Below, piece after piece: positions 57,679 to 64,000 of a stretch of DNA of 64,000 nt. Below the pieces are notes generated by a model. It was not told the origin of the DNA, did not search any database, and saw only the letters and a list, made by a program, of their open reading frames with translations. Made by a program: the position numbers and the translations under genes. Source of the stretch: Candidatus Aminicenantes bacterium (GTDB taxonomy: Bacteria; Acidobacteriota; Aminicenantia; Aminicenantales; JAFGBC01); the NCBI GenBank assembly GCA_963702005.1, contig OY969696.1, forward strand, positions 3,264,001 to 3,328,000, read 5' to 3'. The number at the start of each line of letters is the position of its first letter. The first letter of the stretch is position 1.

Positions 57679-59060
57679 AGTCCCGGACTCTGCTCATCCT
57701 GTCCGCGATCGTCCTCGTCCTCGTCGCCTACGTCTATTTCTTCGAGTTCAAGGGCAAGGCCGCCCGCCAGGAGGCCAAGGAGAAAGCCGCCAAGCTCATC
57801 GACGTCTCCATCGACGACGTCCAGGCCGTGACCTTTAAGAAGCCGGACGGGACGATCGCTTTCAAGAAAGACGACAAGGGGACCTGGTCCCTGACCCAGC
57901 CGTTCGCGGCGAACGCCGACGAGTCCGAGGTCCCGAACTTCGTCGACAGCTTCGCCGGCCTCACCCCCGACCGCACGGTCGAGGAAACGGCCAAGGACCT
58001 CAAGCCCTACGAAATCCCCAAGCTGGAGATCACGCTCGAGCTCAAGGGCGGCAAGCCCCCCGTCAAACTCCTCGTCGGCATGGAGAATCCCCTCGACAAG
58101 AGCTTCTTCGCCAAGAGGGATGACCAGGCCAAGGTCGTCCTTCTCAGCAGCTCCCTCAAGAGCTACCTGGACAAGACCGTTTTCGACTTCCGCCAGAAGG
58201 ACGTCTTCAAGTTCGAGCCGGACAAGGTCAAAGCCGTCGCGCTCAAGGCCAAGGACGTCGCCTGGCAGGCGGAGATGAAGGACGCCGACTGGTTCCTGTC
58301 CAAGCCCTTCGCGGTCATGGCCAAGAAGACGTCGGTCGAGAGCGTCCTGAATTCCCTCTCCGAGCTCAAGGCCAAGGCGTTCGTCTCCGAGGACAAGAAG
58401 CCCGACGAGGTCCAGAAGTTCAAGCTCGACAAGCCCGACTACGAAGTCCGCCTCCGGATGCCGGCCTCCAACCAAGAAGTCGCCTTTGCCCTCCACAAGC
58501 TCGAAGACAAGATTTACGCGACGACCTCGGCCTCGACCAAGATCGTCGAGGTCGAAGGCGCCGTCCTGACCGACCTCGAGAAGAAGCCCGACGATCTCCA
58601 GGAGAAGCAGGTCGCCGTCTTCAACTCCTGGGAGGCATCGAAGCTCGTCCTCAAGAAAGGCGGCGTCGCGCTCACGGTCGCCAAGGACAAGGACGAGAAG
58701 TGGCAGTTCGAAGCGCCCTTCAAGGGCCAGGCCGACGGCGACAAGGTCGAGACCCTCATCCGCAAAATCGAGAGCCTCGAGGCGGCCGGCTTCGTCATCC
58801 CGCCCGTGGTCCTCAAGGACGACGGGCTGGCTTCCCCCCAGGCCGACGTCGCCGTTACCGTCAAAGAGAACGAAGCCGATGGAAAGGTCAAGGAGAAAGA
58901 GGTCCGGATCCTGGTCGGACGGGAGGACGCCGAGAAGAAGCAGGTTGTCGTCAAGAACGCCCGCCTCGACTACCTGTTCTGGGTGGACTCGGAATTTCTG
59001 AAAGAGTTCCCGGCCAAGGTTGAGGACTGGAAGCCCGCCCCGCCCGAGGTCAAGAAATAA
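57675..59060 (+). CDS. DUF4340 domain protein
   Basis: N-terminal TM and three repeated W..x.P...AD units; typical fourth gene of this ABC operon. Confidence 0.8.
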   Translation: MKSRTLLILSAIVLVLVAYVYFFEFKGKAARQEAKEKAAKLIDVSIDDVQAVTFKKPDGTIAFKKDDKGTWSLTQPFAANADESEVPNFVDSFAGLTPDRTVEETAKDLKPYEIPKLEITLELKGGKPPVKLLVGMENPLDKSFFAKRDDQAKVVLLSSSLKSYLDKTVFDFRQKDVFKFEPDKVKAVALKAKDVAWQAEMKDADWFLSKPFAVMAKKTSVESVLNSLSELKAKAFVSEDKKPDEVQKFKLDKPDYEVRLRMPASNQEVAFALHKLEDKIYATTSASTKIVEVEGAVLTDLEKKPDDLQEKQVAVFNSWEASKLVLKKGGVALTVAKDKDEKWQFEAPFKGQADGDKVETLIRKIESLEAAGFVIPPVVLKDDGLASPQADVAVTVKENEADGKVKEKEVRILVGREDAEKKQVVVKNARLDYLFWVDSEFLKEFPAKVEDWKPAPPEVKK

Positions 59061-59084
59061 TTCGGGGGACACACGACTTAATTC
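59057..59084. repeat. Solo arm of the GGGGACA family, copy D
   Basis: ATAATTCGGGGGACACACGACTTAATTC, 27/28 identical to the left arm at 26588. Confidence 0.9.
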
Positions 59085-59118
59085 CCCATTTCGGACTGGC
59101 GCGGCACGAGTCGGATCG

Positions 59119-60198
59119 ATGCTTGAACAATCGGCGGTTAAGTCCGGTTTACGAGCCGGACTCCTGCGCTGGTATCGCGCCCGGCGCCGGAAGCTCCCCT
59201 GGCGTGGGACGAAGGACCCCTACCGGGTCTGGGTGTCGGAGATCATGCTCCAGCAGACAACGGTTCAAGCCGTTATCCCCTATTATAAAAGGTGGATGAC
59301 GCTTTTCCCCGACGTCCGGAGCCTGGCCCGGGCTCCGCTCCGCAAGATCCTCAAGGCCTGGCAGGGCTTGGGCTATTACCGGCGCGCTCAAAACCTCCGG
59401 GCCGCGGCGAAGATTATCATGGAGAACCACGGCGGCCGACTTCCGGAGGACCGCGACGCGATCTCGAAACTCCCCGGCGTCGGCCCCTACACCGCGGCGG
59501 CCGTCCTCAGCATCGCCTACCGAAAGCCCTATCCGGTCGTGGACGTCAATGTCCGCCGTCTGATGATGCGGGTCCTGGCCATACGCGGAGAGCCCATCTC
59601 CAAACATGACGCGGCGATCCTCGGATTCCTGAGCGCCGTCATATCCCAACGGAATCCCGGGGCCTTCAACCAGGCCCTGATGGAGCTCGGGGCCCGGATC
59701 TGCAAGCCTCGAAATCCGCACTGCCCCCGCTGCCCGGTGCAGTCCCATTGCTCGGCCTATCGAAAAGGGCTCCAGGAGGTCATCCCGCGATCAAGAAAGA
59801 CCGAACGCGCCAAGAAAGTCGAAGCCGTCGTCGCGGTCGTCGAGCGCGAGGGGCGCTACCTCATCCGCAAACGCCCCGAGCAAGGGCTCCTGGGCGGCCT
59901 GTGGGAGTTCCCGGGCGGAAAGCGGAAGCCTCGGGAATCCCGTCTGGCCGCCCTGCGCCGCGAGCTCACGGAAGAGGTCGGCGTCCCTTCGCATGACGAG
60001 AAATTCCTGGCCAAGGTCCGTCACGCCTACACCACGTTCGAGGTCGACCTCTACGCCTACCGCTGCCGGCTGGAGGGCGATCCGGACCCGCGCCGCGGAC
60101 CCATTAAATGGGTGACGTCTAAAGGGCTCCGCTATTATCCGTTCCCTTCGGGGAGCGCCAAGATCATCCGGCACCTCGAGAAGTCCGGCGAGACCTGA
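59119..60198 (+). CDS. mutY: A/G-specific adenine glycosylase with C-terminal Nudix domain
   Basis: LPWR, WVSEIMLQQT, LGYYRRA, LPGVGPYTA, Fe-S motif CKPRNPHCPRCPVQSHC. Confidence 0.93.
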   Translation: MLEQSAVKSGLRAGLLRWYRARRRKLPWRGTKDPYRVWVSEIMLQQTTVQAVIPYYKRWMTLFPDVRSLARAPLRKILKAWQGLGYYRRAQNLRAAAKIIMENHGGRLPEDRDAISKLPGVGPYTAAAVLSIAYRKPYPVVDVNVRRLMMRVLAIRGEPISKHDAAILGFLSAVISQRNPGAFNQALMELGARICKPRNPHCPRCPVQSHCSAYRKGLQEVIPRSRKTERAKKVEAVVAVVEREGRYLIRKRPEQGLLGGLWEFPGGKRKPRESRLAALRRELTEEVGVPSHDEKFLAKVRHAYTTFEVDLYAYRCRLEGDPDPRRGPIKWVTSKGLRYYPFPSGSAKIIRHLEKSGET

Positions 60199-60199
60199 G

Positions 60200-61207
60200 A
60201 TGGAAGCCGTCTACCGTTTCGTCGCCTACGGCGAGGACATCGTCCCCGAGCCGGGCGTCCTCGTCCTCGACGTCGGGATGAAGACCGTGCCCGGCGTCAT
60301 CGACCACCACCATCCCGGGGCCGAGCCCGAATGCGCGGCCTCGCTCGTCGTCAAGCATCCCGACCTCGTCCTCGGTCACGACCTCAACCCCCTCCGCGAG
60401 ATCGTCACGCACCGGTTGCCCGACTTCGACGCCCTGTCCGCGATCTTCCTGGCCCTCCGGCTGCTCGAGACGCGGCGGATCGACCCGGCCATGGAACGGC
60501 TGGCCGCCTACGCTAAGATAGTCGATTCGGCTTCCCTCCCCCCCTCGATCGACCTCGGCGCGACGCCCTACTCGATCCTGCGGGCCATGTTCGCCGGCCG
60601 CAAAGGGCCCGAGGAAGCGGCCAACGAAGCCCGCGTCGGAGAAGGCCTCAAGTTCATGAGATTCCTCCACGCGAAGGCCCAGGAGGGAGAGGATATCCTC
60701 GAGAACCGGCGCCTTTTCGGCGGCATCGAACGCTATGAAAGGGCCCAAAGAAAAATCGAGGAGGACCATATTCACTACCTCAACGACGCTCGACGCAGCC
60801 TCCAGATGATGCTCAGGTTACCCCTGGCGTCCGGACGGAGCTCGAAGGACGTGGACGGGCTCATCGTCCGCAAGCCGAGCTCGTTCCTGCTCAAGGAATG
60901 GGCCCGCCGCGACCGTGAGAATTCCCCCGGCGGTAACGGATTCGCCTTCCTGATGACGAATTTCCTGGAAACGAGATACATCCTCGGCGTCGACCCGGGG
61001 AGCGGGGTCAACCTCAAGGGACTGGCCGACCTCCTCAACCGGCGGGAGGCCGAAAAACGGCGCGAGGCCGGACGGCCCTTCACGGCTTGGTACGACGGCA
61101 ATTGTCCGTTGTTCGACTTCCGGATCATCGACTCGCCCCAGGACCAGACGGCGCTCGGGTACGAGGAAATCCTAGCCCTGCTCGCCGAATTCGGAGGCCG
61201 GGAATAA
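60200..61207 (+). CDS. Hypothetical protein with DHH-phosphoesterase-like motifs in permuted order
   Basis: VLDVG, IDHH, AASLV, then THRLPDFDA. Confidence 0.65.
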   Translation: MEAVYRFVAYGEDIVPEPGVLVLDVGMKTVPGVIDHHHPGAEPECAASLVVKHPDLVLGHDLNPLREIVTHRLPDFDALSAIFLALRLLETRRIDPAMERLAAYAKIVDSASLPPSIDLGATPYSILRAMFAGRKGPEEAANEARVGEGLKFMRFLHAKAQEGEDILENRRLFGGIERYERAQRKIEEDHIHYLNDARRSLQMMLRLPLASGRSSKDVDGLIVRKPSSFLLKEWARRDRENSPGGNGFAFLMTNFLETRYILGVDPGSGVNLKGLADLLNRREAEKRREAGRPFTAWYDGNCPLFDFRIIDSPQDQTALGYEEILALLAEFGGRE

Positions 61208-61267
61208 AATGCGGGTTTCAACCATCTAATGGTTGTTGGAGTACTCGTTTCGCGCGAATTCACGCTT

Positions 61268-61819
61268 ATGGACCAAGGCGAACAGGAGTTGCTCGATAGA
61301 GCCAGGCAGGGCGACCGCCGGGCCATGGAAGAGATCATCGTCCGCTATGAACGGCCGGTGGCGGCGACCGTGACGGGCATTCTGGGCTACAGCCCCGAGG
61401 TCGACGACATCGGGCAGGAAACCTTCGTCCGCTTTTTCCGGGCGATGGGGGGCTTTCGCGGCGATTCCCGGATCGGGACCTACATTATCCGGATTGCCAT
61501 CAACCTGTCCCGGACCGAACTCAAGCGGCGGAAGCGCTATGCCGGCTGGCCCGAGGCCGAAGTCCCGGCCGGCGACGACGCCGTCTCGGGGCGGCCGGCC
61601 GCGGAGAGCGACCGCGACGCCAAGTCGATAGTCCGGGACGGGCTCCAGAGGCTCGAGCCCAAGTTCCGGACCGTTCTCGTTCTTCGCCTGATGAGCGGCT
61701 ATTCGACCCAGGAGACGGCGAAAATCCTGCGCCTCCCCCAGGGGACCGTCTTGTCGCGGCTCTCCCGGGGCCAGGCCAAGCTGAGGGAGATCATCACGGA
61801 CTTATCCTCGCGTCAATAG
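61268..61819 (+). CDS. ECF RNA polymerase sigma factor (alternative start 61229)
   Basis: DIGQETF.RF, FRGDS..GTY..RIAIN, region 4 TAKILRLPQGTVLSRLSR. Confidence 0.9.
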   Translation: MDQGEQELLDRARQGDRRAMEEIIVRYERPVAATVTGILGYSPEVDDIGQETFVRFFRAMGGFRGDSRIGTYIIRIAINLSRTELKRRKRYAGWPEAEVPAGDDAVSGRPAAESDRDAKSIVRDGLQRLEPKFRTVLVLRLMSGYSTQETAKILRLPQGTVLSRLSRGQAKLREIITDLSSRQ

Positions 61820-61853
61820 CATTAATATTATGCCGAGAGAAGGAGAGAGAGAG

Positions 61854-62267
61854 ATGGACAAACGGATCAAAAGGCTCCTCCTCCGGTCCCTGGAGGGCCC
61901 ATTGAAAAGAAGGGACCGGCTCCGCCTGGACGGGGCCTTGAGGGATTCCGAGGAACTGAGGCGGTACCGCGACGAGGCCGACGCCCTGCGGCGGGACCTG
62001 GCCGCCGGCGCCGCCGAATCCTTTCGTCCCGGATTCCCGGGCCGCGTGCTGGCCAAGCTCGAAGCGGACAGGATCGAGGACGACCCCCAGACCGTCCACT
62101 ACAAGAGATTCAAGGCGGTCTTCCGCCGCTTCGCCTGGGCCGCCTTCCTCATCCTGGCCTTCCTGATCACCTACAACCTGGCTCACAGCGAACTCGTCCC
62201 CCGCAACGAACTTCTCTATGCCTGCGACCAGACCGTCGGCGAGTTCCTGAACCTTCCCGTCTTTTAG
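61854..62267 (+). CDS. Putative single-TM anti-sigma factor
   Basis: Directly follows the ECF sigma; helical N-terminus, F.PGF..RV motif, one TM. Confidence 0.65.
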   Translation: MDKRIKRLLLRSLEGPLKRRDRLRLDGALRDSEELRRYRDEADALRRDLAAGAAESFRPGFPGRVLAKLEADRIEDDPQTVHYKRFKAVFRRFAWAAFLILAFLITYNLAHSELVPRNELLYACDQTVGEFLNLPVF

Positions 62268-62283
62268 GGAGGAGGCAACGACA

Positions 62284-62970
62284 ATGAGCGCTAAAGCTAA
62301 AATCATTCTTCACATGGGCGTGATGTTGATCATCGGCATCGTCATCGGAGCCATGCTCAACCGGGCGATCGTCCAGAAGCATATCCGCGACATCATGGAG
62401 ATGCGGGCGGCCGGCCGGTTCGTCCCGGGCATCCAGGGCCTCCTCGACTCGACGACGCCCGAACAAGCGCCGAAGATCAAGGAGGCGTTCGAGAAACACC
62501 GGAAGAGCCTGGCCGAGATCCACGAGCGGTTCGGCCGCGAGATCCGGACCGCCATGGACGATCTCAAGAAAGAGATGGAGCCTCTTCTGACTCCGGAACA
62601 GAAAAAACGGTTCGAAACCATGCTCCCCGGCCCCCCCCGTTTCCTTCGGGGAGGAAGAGAGGGTTTTCGCATGGGAGGGCCCCCCTTCCCCGGCGGGTTC
62701 GGCATCGAATGGTTCAAGGACCGGTTGAAGCTTTCCGACGATCAACTCGCCAAGATCAAGGACATCTTCAGCCGCTACCGAAAGCCGGTTGGGCCTCGGC
62801 CCGGCGGGGAGCCGGGTCGGGAGCCGGCCTACCTTGAGAGGGACCTTTCGAAAATGGAGGCCGAGGTCGAGGGCGTGCTGACGGAAGAGCAAAAGGTCAT
62901 CTTCCGCCAAATGCGGGAGGAGCGGCGCAGGCCGCCGTTCGGGGAAGACCCCCCGCCGCTTCCGGAATGA
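62284..62970 (+). CDS. Spy/CpxP-like periplasmic helical protein
   Basis: N-terminal TM; LTPEQ, LSDDQ, LTEEQ (LTxxQ-like) motifs. Confidence 0.7.
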   Translation: MSAKAKIILHMGVMLIIGIVIGAMLNRAIVQKHIRDIMEMRAAGRFVPGIQGLLDSTTPEQAPKIKEAFEKHRKSLAEIHERFGREIRTAMDDLKKEMEPLLTPEQKKRFETMLPGPPRFLRGGREGFRMGGPPFPGGFGIEWFKDRLKLSDDQLAKIKDIFSRYRKPVGPRPGGEPGREPAYLERDLSKMEAEVEGVLTEEQKVIFRQMREERRRPPFGEDPPPLPE

Positions 62971-62985
62971 TTTTCGGGAGACGCC

Positions 62986-63885
62986 ATGAGCCGGAATTCA
63001 TCCCCTCGCCTGAGCAATATTTTACCGGCACGTCGGGCGGCGGCCGCGCTGTCCTTCGTCTGTCTGCTGGGCGCGGCCGCCTGCGCGGCGTCACGAACCT
63101 ATCAAGTCGAAAGCCTTTGGCCGAAAAACCCGGTCCTGATCGACGGCAAATCGGATGACTGGCGCGGCGCTCTCGCCTTCGTCGGCGAGGGCGAGTTATC
63201 CCTCGGTTTTTATAACGACGGGGATAACCTCTACCTGTGTCTCCTCGTCGCCGACGAGATGTCGCGCGAACGGATCATCAGAAGCGGCCTGATGGTCTGG
63301 ATCGATCCCCAAGGCGGGAAAGCCCGGACCTTGGGAATCCGCTATCCGGCCGGGCCGCCGGCGGGAGGCCCTCCCGAAGAATCCGAGACGGAACCGACGG
63401 ACAGACGTTCCGGCCGGGAGAGGCCTCCCGACCGGGAGATGGGACCTCCCTCGGAAGGCGCCCTGGACGAAATCGAAATCATCCGCTCCGGAAAAAACGA
63501 ACCGGAGCGTATCAAGCTCGACCAGGTCCACGGACTCGAGGTCAAGATGGAAGAAGCGAGCGGCCTGCTCGTGTACGAGCTTAAGATCCCCCTTCTCGGC
63601 GACGGCCAGTCCACCGTGTCGATCGGGGCTAAGCCGGGGGCGACCGTCGGAATCGGGCTTGAAACCGCCGAATTCAAGAGGCGCGGGCGCGACATGATGG
63701 GCCCCGGCGGGATGCCTCGGGGCGGAGGGGGGATGTCTCCCATGGGAGGCCGCGGCAGGTTCGGAGGGCGCATGCCCGCCAATTTCGACTTCCCCAAACC
63801 GCTAAAAATCTGGGCCTTCGTCAAGCTGTCGTCGGGGGCGGGCGCCCCCTCCGCCGCCCTGATGTCCCTGGAAAACTTGGACTGA
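62986..63885 (+). CDS. Hypothetical lipoprotein (IDGxxDDW carbohydrate-binding-like fold)
   Basis: AAAC lipobox, IDGKSDDW, NDGDNLY, YELKIPL. Confidence 0.7.
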   Translation: MSRNSSPRLSNILPARRAAAALSFVCLLGAAACAASRTYQVESLWPKNPVLIDGKSDDWRGALAFVGEGELSLGFYNDGDNLYLCLLVADEMSRERIIRSGLMVWIDPQGGKARTLGIRYPAGPPAGGPPEESETEPTDRRSGRERPPDREMGPPSEGALDEIEIIRSGKNEPERIKLDQVHGLEVKMEEASGLLVYELKIPLLGDGQSTVSIGAKPGATVGIGLETAEFKRRGRDMMGPGGMPRGGGGMSPMGGRGRFGGRMPANFDFPKPLKIWAFVKLSSGAGAPSAALMSLENLD

Positions 63886-63999
63886 CCGGAGCTTCCGGAC
63901 GGCTTGTTCGAGGACGGCCGCGACCGCGGCCCGATGGGATTGAAGCGTCGAGGGATCGTCCGTATATTCCATGGTCGACCGGACGATGGAGCCCGGAAT
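63802..63999 (-). CDS. Possible 3' end of a gene entering from beyond the window
   Basis: Open frame IPGSIVRSTMEYTDDPSTLQSHRAAVAAVLEQ... to TAG at 63802, overlapping the convergent gene. Confidence 0.3.
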   Translation of the reverse strand: MPGSIVRSTMEYTDDPSTLQSHRAAVAAVLEQAVRKLRSVQVFQGHQGGGGGARPRRQLDEGPDF

Positions 64000-64000
64000 G

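Overview
This is a GC-rich bacterial chromosomal segment. Gene content and style suggest an anaerobic diderm, possibly an Aminicenantes/Acidobacteriota-like MAG (inference only). Housekeeping blocks include Mrp/NuoL-type antiporter subunits, ribF-pyrR-pyrB-pyrC-rnc, gcvT-gcvH-gcvPA-gcvPB-glyQ-glyS, argS, a Gld-type ABC exporter and mutY. Signalling genes include a hybrid kinase/GGDEF/Hpt phosphorelay, a PilZ protein and an ECF sigma cluster, and there is a DUF362/AmmeMemoRadiSam/spermidine-synthase-like cluster. The accessory patch at about 40.3-50.3 kb holds the main discoveries. (1) An integrase-less integron cassette array (three attC sites with matching cassette ends, two attI-like sites) lies just upstream of argS. 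Its first cassette is a translationally coupled HEPN RNase + Cas2/VapD-like pair, a candidate undescribed toxin-antitoxin or anti-phage module, and it is followed by a GIY-YIG nuclease cassette. (2) A 108-bp triple-hairpin MITE-like element is inserted in frame inside a GNAT gene. A dispersed GGGGACA...TGTCCCC palindromic repeat family repeatedly begins at stop codons. Three single-base frameshifts (pyrC and two beta-helix genes) are probably assembly errors. I saw no rRNA, tRNA, CRISPR array, integrase or transposase.
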